Source: an uncultured bacterium
GTDB lineage: Bacteria > Armatimonadota > HRBIN16
DNA: 62,709 bases
Assembly (NCBI GenBank): GCA_938027655.1
Contig: CALJAP010000085.1
Location: 1 to 62,709 of the forward strand
Direction of reading: 5' to 3'
Made by a program: the position numbers and the translations under genes
Shown here: piece by piece, positions 8,132-17,082 of the stretch
How positions within the stretch are numbered: the stretch's first letter is position 1
How the letters are laid out: each line of letters opens with the position of its first letter
Notes under the pieces: generated by a model
Databases searched by the model: none
What the model was told of the DNA's origin: nothing
What the model saw: only the letters and a program-made list of their open reading frames with translations

Positions 8132-11100
8132 ATGATGAAACGACGGCACACGCTGGTGGCATTACTTGGACTATGCTGTCTGACGTGTATGGCACAGAAC
8201 CCTGTGACCAACGGCGGTTTCGAGGTGCTGGACGCGCAGGGACGACCTGTTGACTGGCAACTTCTGGGCGAAACCGTTGCTGTGACCACCGATGCCCATT
8301 CCGGCAAGTTTGCCCTGCGCTTCGAGCGGGGCAGTGGGCGCGATGTGCCGCCCGAAATCGGCTTGAACCGTGAGTGGGCTCCCGACAGCGGGCAGCAGGG
8401 CAGGATGCTTGCCGAGCGTAAAGGGGGTATCCTCTTCTGGTACAAGCTGGTATCCGTCTCGCCGGGCGCGTCGGTGAGCGTTCAGGTTATCCCCATGAGC
8501 GCACGACCATTCGAGGACACCGGTTCCTCCCGCGCCATCTATCAGATACCGCGCCAGCACGCCGGAGACGGTCGCTGGCATCAGGGCAAGCTGGTATATG
8601 ACTTCACCGACAACCCGAAGGTGAAATGGGTACAGGTGGGCGTGCGCCTGACGGGTGGTCCCGCCGTGCTGATTGTGGACGACATGGAGTACGTGGAGCG
8701 CGTCGGGGCGGTGCTACAGTTTGAAAAGATGCATTTCTATCCTGATAAATCCGCCCCGGACAAAGGGGGTATGTTCACGTTCTCTGTCACCAACGCGGGC
8801 GATACCCCTTCTCAACCGGTGCAGGTGGCGGTTCGTGCTCCTGAGGGCTGGCGTGTGCAGCCGTTGCGCGTGCCCCAAGCTCGAGCGGTCGCGCCGGGCG
8901 ACGGGGTCACGTATCGCTGGCAGGTGCAGGGGGTGCTCAAGCCATCCGCGCTGCGCCTTACCGCTACCGATGGCGAGGAGACGACAGAGGAGACCTTTCG
9001 CCTCGTGCCCGGCGTGGAGCTGGAGAGCGTGTTGATGAAGCCGGCGATGGTTGCGCCCGGAGCGACCGCTGAAATCGTGGCAACGGTGCGCAACCGGGGC
9101 AATGCGATTGCTGAAGGGGTACAGTTACGCTGTACGCTTCCCAACGCCTCCGCCCCTGTCGCTTTTCTCTCGAGCAGCGCACAGAAGGCTCCGCCCATCG
9201 CGCCCGGAGGGAAAACGGTGGTGCGCTGGAAGGTGCGTGCAGGTTCCCGATTGGGCGAATGGCAGGTGGATTGCGGTCTGCAAGCGCCGGAGACATTTCC
9301 TCAAACCGCACGAAGCACGCTCATCATCACCGACGCGCTCAAACGACCGGCGCAACCGGTGGTGGGTGCGTTGTGGATGCGACGCGGCTCCGACCGCATG
9401 GTCGGCGAACTGCGCGTGGGCAATCGTGTGGTGGCGCGGATGCCCCATCTGGGCAGTGTGGTGGTGCGGTTGCCCGACGGCTCGGTGCAGAGGTTGTTCC
9501 CGCGATATGGTCTGCCTCGGTACGGACATGGACGAACGCCCCCACGACTATTCACCGGGACCGCTCGCGACCGTGCCGGGGCACGGTGGACCTTCACGCT
9601 CACCGTACAACCGGTGGATTCTCATACCTTGCGTATGGAATACGCCTGCGTTGCCGATAAACCTCGCGATGTGCTGGTATTCGAGGGACCGACTTTGCTG
9701 GTGGGGGACGGCAGCACCGCTGATACCAAGAGCGAGGCGCTGTTGCCCGGACTGGAGTGGTTGACCGCCGACGAGGTGAGCAGCAGCGATTTAGACATCG
9801 CCAAAGACCACCCCGACCGAATACGCTTCGTTCCCCACCCGCATAAAGTGACCATCCCCGTGATGGGGGTAAAGACGCCTGCGGCGGTGGTAGGGCTACT
9901 GTGGAACGTGCATGACCGCTGGGGCAAGGGAGAGGAGCTCCCGCAACCGGTGTTCGCCGTGCCCGACAGACTGAAGGGAACCGCCACGCACCGGTTGGGG
10001 CTGATTGCACCGAACGTACCCGCCGGACTGGGCGAGAACCGGTTGACCGCCGAGAAACCCTTCCGCGTAACGCCCGACGGCTACCTGCGCCTGAGTGCGC
10101 TCGTCGTTGTCAACCCGCAGGCGAAGGACCTGTTGAGCGTGGTGGATACGTGGTTCGCACGTTTTTCCCCCGACCCGCCTCTGCCCGCACCGCAGGGCAG
10201 TGACCTTGAGCAGATAGCGTGGAGCATGAAGGCGTATACCGATTCGCTATGGGTATCGGATGAGCAGGGATGGCTACCATTTCAAGGAGGACCCGCGATA
10301 TGGTCGCAACCGGCGTTTCGTGCGGACTATGTATATGACCTGTTGAAGGCGTTGACCGTTTTGCCGGGTCACCCCGAATCGCCGAAGTGGCGTGCGCTGG
10401 CGGACAAAACACTGCCTCGCATAGGCACGCCTCAGGGGGAGGACATGCAATTTGAATATGGTGATGCAGAGATCAGCCTCTCTTTCCTGCGCGCGCGTGC
10501 GCTGGATCTGATACAGTCGCAAAACCCCGACGGCTCGTGGGGCTTTGACGCCGACCGTCGCGACCAGGGAGTGTTTAAGGGCTACGACTACCACCGGCTG
10601 GGACCGCCCGATGCGGTAGAACTGGGTACCTGCGCTCGTAACGCCTACGAGATACTGCGCTACGCCCGAATCTCCGGTAACGAGGAGGCGTACCGCGCCG
10701 GAGCAAGGACGCTGGAATTCATGCGTCGCTTCACCGTGCCGCGTGCTGCACAGGTGTGGGAAGTTCCCGTGCATACGCCTGATATCCTCGCCGCGGCAGA
10801 CGCAGTAGACGCCTATATCGAGGGTTACTGGTTCAGCGGGGACGGAAGATGGCTGGCAGAAGCGCGTCGTTGGGCGAGGGCAGGACTGCCGTTCGTGTAC
10901 GTATGGAACGCACCGGGAAAGCCGTGGATGCGCTATGGCTCCATTCCCGTTTTTGGATCGAGCTTATACATCGTGAGCTGGTTTGGCAACATCGTGCAGT
11001 GGAACGGTTTGCGCTATGCCTACGCCTTGCTGAAGCTGTGCGAAGCGGACAGGAACGCCCCGCCGCTGTGGAAGCAGGTCGCATTGGGCATCACACGCTG

Positions 11101-12004
11101 TGCCATGTACCAGCAGTCCACCTCCGGCAAGAACCTCGCCCTCTGGCCCGACAGCTACCATACCATTATCGACATGCGCGCGGCATGGGACTTCGCCCCG
11201 CGTCAGATACTGAAGAACGTGTACCACTTCCTCGGGCACGAGGAAGAGCCGAGAACCGTACGCCTGCCAAGCGGTATCCGTGTCAGCAGTCGCGCGGTGA
11301 CGATGCAGGCGAGTGAGGCGGGCGATACCCTGCGCGTGGTGTTGAAACACCCAGAAGGAGAGCGGGGGAACCTGCTCATCAGCGGCGTATCGCGTCCGGC
11401 GCAGGTTCTCTTGCAGGAACAGCCTTTGCCGGAGGTAGAGCGCCTCACGCCCGAACCCCAGCGACAGAGCAGCTGGAAGTACTCGCAGGCACACTGTGCG
11501 CTCATTGTATGGCTCGCCACCGACGCGGAAGTTGCGATAGAGGTGCGCGGCGTGCAGAGGGCGAACCCGCCCGCTTTCCCCCGCCCGATTACCGACTTGC
11601 GCTTCGAGTTTGGAGAGGACACGGAAGGGTGGGAACCTGCTAACGACTTAGAGCCGTTGCATCTGCGAAACGGCGTGCTGTCGACCCGCTCCACCGGCAG
11701 CGACCCGTATATGATACGCCCGTTGTGTCGGTTTGACGGCAGCTCCATTCAACGCATTCGCGTTCGCCTGCGCGGCAGCGGTGGGCGTGGGGGGCAGTTC
11801 TACTGGACGACCGCCAGCTCGCCCGGCTTCGATGAGACAAAGGTCGTGCAGTTCGAGTTACCCCTAGACGGCGAGTGGCACGAGGTGGTGATTCCTGTCG
11901 GAGAACACCCCCTCTGGCATGGGCAAACGATTACCACCATTCGTTTAGACCCCGGCTCCGCGCCGGGCACGGTGGTGGAGATAGACTGGATACGGGGGGA
12001 GTAA
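8132..12004 (+). CDS. Large secreted multidomain protein, putative carbohydrate-active enzyme (CBM-like, two Ig-like domains, alpha-helical barrel, C-terminal CBM-like)
   Basis: Likely start ATG 8132 (CAGGAG RBS) with signal peptide MMKRRHTLVALLGLCCLTCMA. NPVTNGGFE CBM4/9-like start, VTNAG/VRNRG Ig-like repeats, QSQNPDGSW helical-barrel repeat, C-terminal DGEWHEV...IRLDP module. Confidence 0.65.
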   Translation: MMKRRHTLVALLGLCCLTCMAQNPVTNGGFEVLDAQGRPVDWQLLGETVAVTTDAHSGKFALRFERGSGRDVPPEIGLNREWAPDSGQQGRMLAERKGGILFWYKLVSVSPGASVSVQVIPMSARPFEDTGSSRAIYQIPRQHAGDGRWHQGKLVYDFTDNPKVKWVQVGVRLTGGPAVLIVDDMEYVERVGAVLQFEKMHFYPDKSAPDKGGMFTFSVTNAGDTPSQPVQVAVRAPEGWRVQPLRVPQARAVAPGDGVTYRWQVQGVLKPSALRLTATDGEETTEETFRLVPGVELESVLMKPAMVAPGATAEIVATVRNRGNAIAEGVQLRCTLPNASAPVAFLSSSAQKAPPIAPGGKTVVRWKVRAGSRLGEWQVDCGLQAPETFPQTARSTLIITDALKRPAQPVVGALWMRRGSDRMVGELRVGNRVVARMPHLGSVVVRLPDGSVQRLFPRYGLPRYGHGRTPPRLFTGTARDRAGARWTFTLTVQPVDSHTLRMEYACVADKPRDVLVFEGPTLLVGDGSTADTKSEALLPGLEWLTADEVSSSDLDIAKDHPDRIRFVPHPHKVTIPVMGVKTPAAVVGLLWNVHDRWGKGEELPQPVFAVPDRLKGTATHRLGLIAPNVPAGLGENRLTAEKPFRVTPDGYLRLSALVVVNPQAKDLLSVVDTWFARFSPDPPLPAPQGSDLEQIAWSMKAYTDSLWVSDEQGWLPFQGGPAIWSQPAFRADYVYDLLKALTVLPGHPESPKWRALADKTLPRIGTPQGEDMQFEYGDAEISLSFLRARALDLIQSQNPDGSWGFDADRRDQGVFKGYDYHRLGPPDAVELGTCARNAYEILRYARISGNEEAYRAGARTLEFMRRFTVPRAAQVWEVPVHTPDILAAADAVDAYIEGYWFSGDGRWLAEARRWARAGLPFVYVWNAPGKPWMRYGSIPVFGSSLYIVSWFGNIVQWNGLRYAYALLKLCEADRNAPPLWKQVALGITRCAMYQQSTSGKNLALWPDSYHTIIDMRAAWDFAPRQILKNVYHFLGHEEEPRTVRLPSGIRVSSRAVTMQASEAGDTLRVVLKHPEGERGNLLISGVSRPAQVLLQEQPLPEVERLTPEPQRQSSWKYSQAHCALIVWLATDAEVAIEVRGVQRANPPAFPRPITDLRFEFGEDTEGWEPANDLEPLHLRNGVLSTRSTGSDPYMIRPLCRFDGSSIQRIRVRLRGSGGRGGQFYWTTASSPGFDETKVVQFELPLDGEWHEVVIPVGEHPLWHGQTITTIRLDPGSAPGTVVEIDWIRGE

Positions 12005-12018
12005 CACTCTGCAAGATG

Positions 12019-12987
12019 TTACGGCTCGGTTTCTGTGGATAATGGGTAATGGCAGGCAACCTGGTGACCCTCACCTGCCGCCCGCAGCTCCGGCTCTTCC
12101 ACCCGACAACGCTCCTGCGCGTACGGGCAACGTGTGTGAAAACGACAGCCAGCAGGAACGCGAAGCGCGGTAGGAACATCTCCGGCAGGCAGGTTCCTCG
12201 GTCGTCGCGCCAGCGACGGTTTCGGTTCCAGTACCGCGTCCAGCAGGGCGTGCGTGTAGGGGTGGGCAGGGGCAGTAAACAACCTGTCTGCGGGCGCGCT
12301 CTCTACCATTTTGCCCAGATACATCACCAGCACCCGTGAGCACACCTGTCGCACCGCATGTAGGTCATGTGTGACAAACAGGATTGCCATGTTCAGCTCG
12401 CGCTGCAGGTCTCGAAGCAGGGCGTGGATCTGTGCCCGGATAGAGAGGTCTAATGCCGAAGTGGGTTCATCCGCTACCAGCAGGCGAGGCTGCGTGGCGA
12501 TGGCACGGGCGATACAGATGCGCTGGCGTTGACCGCCTGAAAACTCGTGCGGGTAGCGGTTCAGATACTCCGGCGACAGCCCCACACGCTCCAGCAAACG
12601 ACCCGCCTGTTGCCACGCCTGCTTGCCTCGCGCCAACCCGTGCACCTCCAGCGGCTCGGTGAGAATGTGCCCGATGCGCAGCCGAGGGTTCAACGACGCC
12701 ATCGGGTCCTGAAACACGATTTGCATCTGCCGGCGTAAAGGGCGCAGCTCCCGTTCGGGCAAGCGGTGCAACGGTTTGCCGTCAAACCACACCTCACCTG
12801 CGCTCAGCGGAACCAGCCGCAGCAACGCCCTCGCCAGCGTGCTTTTGCCACAACCGCTCTCGCCCACCAGACCAACCGCTTCTCCTGGCGCCAGCGTCAG
12901 GTTCGCGCCATCCACCGCACGCACCGTCTCGCCACGCTGCAGCGGAAAATGTACCATCACCTCGCGCATCTCCACCAGTTCCTGCAT
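12019..12987 (-). CDS. Oligopeptide/dipeptide/nickel ABC transporter ATP-binding protein (OppF-like)
   Basis: GESGCGKS, FSGGQRQR, ADEPTSALD, HPYT, C-terminal GCRFHTRCP...C...VACHY. Confidence 0.92.
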   Translation of the reverse strand: MQELVEMREVMVHFPLQRGETVRAVDGANLTLAPGEAVGLVGESGCGKSTLARALLRLVPLSAGEVWFDGKPLHRLPERELRPLRRQMQIVFQDPMASLNPRLRIGHILTEPLEVHGLARGKQAWQQAGRLLERVGLSPEYLNRYPHEFSGGQRQRICIARAIATQPRLLVADEPTSALDLSIRAQIHALLRDLQRELNMAILFVTHDLHAVRQVCSRVLVMYLGKMVESAPADRLFTAPAHPYTHALLDAVLEPKPSLARRPRNLPAGDVPTALRVPAGCRFHTRCPYAQERCRVEEPELRAAGEGHQVACHYPLSTETEP

Positions 12988-12989
12988 GG

Positions 12990-13772
12990 CTACGCTACCG
13001 CCTCCAGCAGCCGTTGCGTGTAGGGATGGCGCGGGTGCTCCAGCACCTCGTACACGCTCCCCGATTCCACGATTTGCCCCTCGTGCATCACCAGCACCCG
13101 ATCGCAGGTGTACGCCACGACGCCGATGTCGTGCGTAATCAGCAATACTGCAGTGCGCTGCTGTTGCTGCATCTCCCGCATGAGATGGAGTATTTGCAGT
13201 TGCACCGTCACGTCCAGCGCGGTGCTGGGCTCGTCCGCAATCAACAGGCGAGGATGGCAGATAAACGCCATCGCAATCATCACCCGCTGTCTCTGCCCTC
13301 CGGACAGCTCGTGCGGATAGCGACGTGCAATGCGGTCGGGGTCAGGCAGATGTACTGCCCGCAGCATCTGCAGGGCAAGGTCGTACGGGTCGCCCTCGGC
13401 TCGGTCGCGATGCAGGCGCGCCGCCTCCGCCACCTGTTCGCCGATGCGCATGACGGGGTTCAGGCAGGTGAAGGGGTCCTGAAAAACCATCGAGATGTCG
13501 CCACCGCGCACCTGCCTCATCTGCGCCTCGCTATACTGATGCAGAGGTGTTCCAGCGAACAGGATGCTACCGCGAACAATCCGTCCCCCCGGTGGGAGCA
13601 GGCGCATGATGGATAGTGCGGTCATCGTCTTGCCGGAGCCGCTCTCCCCCACGATGCCTACCGTTTCACCGGGCATCACCTCGAAACTCACCTCGCGCAC
13701 CACAGGCGGTTCCTGCCCGAACGCTACCGTCAGTCCGTCCACCCGCAGCAGAGGTTCAAAAGCCGTACTCAT
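12990..13772 (-). CDS. Oligopeptide/dipeptide/nickel ABC transporter ATP-binding protein (OppD-like, short C-terminus)
   Basis: Start re-called at ATG 13772 (MSTAFEPLL). GESGSGKT, LSGGQRQR, ADEPSTALD. Ends just after HPYT. Confidence 0.9.
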   Translation of the reverse strand: MSTAFEPLLRVDGLTVAFGQEPPVVREVSFEVMPGETVGIVGESGSGKTMTALSIMRLLPPGGRIVRGSILFAGTPLHQYSEAQMRQVRGGDISMVFQDPFTCLNPVMRIGEQVAEAARLHRDRAEGDPYDLALQMLRAVHLPDPDRIARRYPHELSGGQRQRVMIAMAFICHPRLLIADEPSTALDVTVQLQILHLMREMQQQQRTAVLLITHDIGVVAYTCDRVLVMHEGQIVESGSVYEVLEHPRHPYTQRLLEAVA

Positions 13773-14841
13773 GCGCCTTTGCCAGTCGCTCCTCCACGTA
13801 AGCGTAGAATTTGCGGTTGGGAATGCCCTCATGTGCCAGCACCATCGGCGCGTAGGGGCGTCGCTGGATGTATAGCAGGTGGCTCTCCAGCGCGCACTGG
13901 TCGTGCTTGCGGTCCACACGCAGCAAGTGACGCAGGCTACTGTCGGGCACTTCGTCGCGCCGTTCTATCGGCACCGCTGCCAGAAAGGTCAGGCGGTATA
14001 CGTCCTCCCAATCCATCTGCAGCTCTTTGAAGTTCTGGCGGATATACTCGGCAATCTCGCGGTCTTTATCGCCGTACTCCAGCACATACTTCTCCAGCGT
14101 GTCTACCGCGTCCGCCAGAAAGACGCCTACCGCCACGCCCAGATTCCACACTTTACCCGCCATCACCATCGCCGCATCGTCGGAGGCACCGGGTCCCACG
14201 CGATGACGGATATACATGTAGTGTACGTGCGGGGCGTGCGCGTGTTCCGCACCCACAATCAACCCCTTCCTGCGGAACTCGTCCAGCTCGTGCTCGTGTG
14301 CCTCCTTTGCCAGTCGGTAGCCGTCCAACCCCATCTGCTCCATAACCACTGTATTTACCAGATAGCCTCTGCCCCCGCCGATCGTCCAGCCGGTACGCTC
14401 TTCCACCACCTTGCGCACATCAGGGTCATCTCGAAAGCCACCAAGAAACAGCCCGCGCAACACGTCCTCTGGCGCGACGTGCAGATGCCGTAGCGTGCCG
14501 ACGGTCAACAGGGGCACACCCTCTTCGTCCATCAGCTCGGGGCGTTCGCCGGCTACCACCCGTTGCGCGTAGCGTCGGATGTCGTCAATCAACGCTTGTC
14601 GGGCGGCGCGGATGGCATGCGGGTCACGACGCAGGGCGCGGGCGATGTGGTCAATAGTTGTGTTTGGGTAGCGGTGTCCGTGAAACGCACCGTGCCCCTC
14701 ATGAGCATGCCCCTCTATCGCCTGCATCAACAGCAGCTCTTCTACATCCCAGCTGCATCGCAGGGTCTCCTCCGCGTCCATCTCCGCAAAGTCACGCCGA
14801 ACGATGTCAGGTGGAGCCACCAGGTCGTGCTTATGGCTCAT
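13756..14841 (-). CDS. Hypothetical His-rich cytoplasmic protein (361 aa)
   Basis: Start re-called at ATG 14841 (GGAGG RBS). Host-like codon usage. His clusters HAHEGHGAFHGH, AHEHE, EHAHAPHVH. No family recognised. Confidence 0.75.
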   Translation of the reverse strand: MSHKHDLVAPPDIVRRDFAEMDAEETLRCSWDVEELLLMQAIEGHAHEGHGAFHGHRYPNTTIDHIARALRRDPHAIRAARQALIDDIRRYAQRVVAGERPELMDEEGVPLLTVGTLRHLHVAPEDVLRGLFLGGFRDDPDVRKVVEERTGWTIGGGRGYLVNTVVMEQMGLDGYRLAKEAHEHELDEFRRKGLIVGAEHAHAPHVHYMYIRHRVGPGASDDAAMVMAGKVWNLGVAVGVFLADAVDTLEKYVLEYGDKDREIAEYIRQNFKELQMDWEDVYRLTFLAAVPIERRDEVPDSSLRHLLRVDRKHDQCALESHLLYIQRRPYAPMVLAHEGIPNRKFYAYVEERLAKAHEYGF

Positions 14842-14899
14842 TGGTTCAGCCTCCATATCGTAGAAAGTGGTTTCATCATAACACAAATGCGGGCAGTAT

Positions 14900-15460
14900 T
14901 TAGCGGGAAAGGCTCCTGCGCCTCCACCATAACACCGCCAGATAGCCACACATTGCCCCCACCAGCGCGCCCGCCAGCACATCCGAGGGGTAGTGCACCC
15001 CGCGATACACTCGTGATAGCATCACCAGCAGAGCCACCACCCACCCTCCCAACACCACGCCCGGGTACCGCTTCCAGAAGACCAGCGTCAACACCATCGC
15101 CATCGCGGCAGTGGTACAGGAATGCCCGGATGGAAAGGACTTGCTGAAAATGCGCTCATCCGCCGCCACCAGCGCACCCGGCAGATTGGACGGGCGAGGA
15201 CGCTCCCACACTCGCTTCAGCACCTGAACCAGCACCCCCGAAGCCAGCCACGCCACCAGAAGCGGGATGAAAGCCCCCCGATACAGCGAAGCCCATACCC
15301 TGTCGCCGGCTCGCCTCGCCGCCCACAGCACCAGCAGGGCAAGCAGAACCTGCACCCACCCCACCCCTAACCAGGTCAACGCGCCGAACAGGTCGTTCAG
15401 CCAGGGGTGATGCCAGCCCCGGTTAATCCAGAAGAACAGGGCACGGTCTGCTTCTGCCAT
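14900..15460 (-). CDS. PAP2 family membrane phosphatase
   Basis: KRVWERPRP, SFPSGH, SRVYRGVHYPSDV motifs. Confidence 0.92.
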   Translation of the reverse strand: MAEADRALFFWINRGWHHPWLNDLFGALTWLGVGWVQVLLALLVLWAARRAGDRVWASLYRGAFIPLLVAWLASGVLVQVLKRVWERPRPSNLPGALVAADERIFSKSFPSGHSCTTAAMAMVLTLVFWKRYPGVVLGGWVVALLVMLSRVYRGVHYPSDVLAGALVGAMCGYLAVLWWRRRSLSR

Positions 15461-16912
15461 TTAGTCCAGCCCTAGCTGCTGCCAAATCTGGTCAATGCGC
15501 TGTTTGACTTCGGGCGACATCTGGATTACGTTGGGCCATTCGCGGGTGAAGCCCTCGGACGCCCACTTGCGCGTGGCGTCAAAGCCGATTTTGGAGCCGT
15601 AGCCCAATATCCGTGACGCATGGTCCAGCACGTCTATCGGTCCGCGCGTGACCAGCATGTCGCGTTCGGGATCGATATTGTTCGTAAACCGCCACATCAC
15701 CTCGTACATATCCTGCACGTTCACGTCGTCGTCCACCACAATGATAATCTTGGTGAACATCAGCTGCCCCAGTCCCCACAGCGCGTTCATCACCTTGAAA
15801 GCGTGCCCGGGGTATCGCTTCTTGATCGAGACAATCGCCAGATTGTGGAAACACGCTTCCACCGGCAGGTTGATGTCCACAATTTCGGGCACCATTAGCT
15901 TGATGAACGGCAGGAAGATACGCTCGGTGGCTTTGCCCAGCCAAGCGTCCTCCATCGGGGGACGCCCTACGATGGTAGCAGGGTAGACTGGGTTCTTACG
16001 GTGCGTTATGGCGGTGACATGCAGTGCAGGGTATAGGTCGGCGAGGCTATAGTAGCCAGTGTGGTCACCGAAGGGTCCCTCCATCACGCGCTCGGCAGGG
16101 TTCACATACCCTTCCAGCACGATCTCCGCATCGGCAGGAACCCACACGTCGAGGCTCTTGCACTTGACCAGCTCCACCGGTTGCCTGCGCAGGAACCCAG
16201 CGAACATCATCTCATCGATTCCAGGGGGTAGGGGGGCGGTAGCCGAGTAGGTCAAAGCCGGGTCGCCTCCCAGTACCACTGCAACCTGTATCGGCTGTTG
16301 CTTCTCCTCCGCGACGCGATAGTGCTCTGCGCCCACCTTATGCATCTGCCAGTGCATGGCGGCGGTGTTGCGGTCCAGAATCTGAATACGGTACATCCCC
16401 ACATTGCGCTTGCCTGTGTTGGGGTCATGGGTGAACACCAGCGGCAGGGTGATGTAACGCCCACCATCTAGCGGCCAGCACTTCAGATGAGGCAGTTTCT
16501 CGATATCTACCTCGTCGCCCGTTAGCACCACCTGCTGGCACAGTCCGTCTCCGCTCCGTTTCTTGGGGGGCATATCCGCCAGACGCAGCAATTTGGGCAA
16601 CAGACCGATTTTCTCGATGAAGCGTTCGGGGATTTCAGGCTTGAGTAGTTGCTCTATCTCGCGGGCAATCTCTTCAAAGTCGTTCACGCCCAGAGCCATG
16701 CTCATCCGCTTGCGCGAGCCGAAGGTGTTTATCGCCACAGGAATATCGTAGCCCTTCGGTTGCTGTATCAACAGTGCCGGTCCGCCCGATTTCATCACAC
16801 GGTCCGCTACCTCTGTAATTTCCAGTACGGGGTCTAAGGGGTAGGAGATGCGCCGAAGTTCCCCTTGCTCCTCCAGAACGCTCAGGAAATGCTGGAAATC
16901 GCGATACGCCAT
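15461..16912 (-). CDS. ubiD: UbiD family decarboxylase (menaquinone-pathway type)
   Basis: Start re-called at 16912 (MAYRDFQHF). DGGRYIT, NVGMYRIQ, EIVLEG, EGPFGDHTGYY, GRPPMED. Confidence 0.92.
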   Translation of the reverse strand: MAYRDFQHFLSVLEEQGELRRISYPLDPVLEITEVADRVMKSGGPALLIQQPKGYDIPVAINTFGSRKRMSMALGVNDFEEIAREIEQLLKPEIPERFIEKIGLLPKLLRLADMPPKKRSGDGLCQQVVLTGDEVDIEKLPHLKCWPLDGGRYITLPLVFTHDPNTGKRNVGMYRIQILDRNTAAMHWQMHKVGAEHYRVAEEKQQPIQVAVVLGGDPALTYSATAPLPPGIDEMMFAGFLRRQPVELVKCKSLDVWVPADAEIVLEGYVNPAERVMEGPFGDHTGYYSLADLYPALHVTAITHRKNPVYPATIVGRPPMEDAWLGKATERIFLPFIKLMVPEIVDINLPVEACFHNLAIVSIKKRYPGHAFKVMNALWGLGQLMFTKIIIVVDDDVNVQDMYEVMWRFTNNIDPERDMLVTRGPIDVLDHASRILGYGSKIGFDATRKWASEGFTREWPNVIQMSPEVKQRIDQIWQQLGLD

Positions 16913-16937
16913 CCTTTTCACCTCGTCTGTTGGGATA

Positions 16938-16966
16938 AATGTACCAGAAATGGGCAGAAATTTCAA
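16938..16966 (-). promoter_or_regulatory. sigma70-type promoter for ubiD
   Basis: Minus strand TTGAAA-N17-TACATT upstream of the RBS. Confidence 0.45.
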
Positions 16967-17082
16967 ACGAAAGACACCACGCCCCTAGCAGGAACGCGCA
17001 CCGAGACAACGAATCTTGGTCTAAATCGGGTGCATAAAACCGCTGTGTACCAGCCAATCATGCGAAGGTGAGGGGAGAAACC

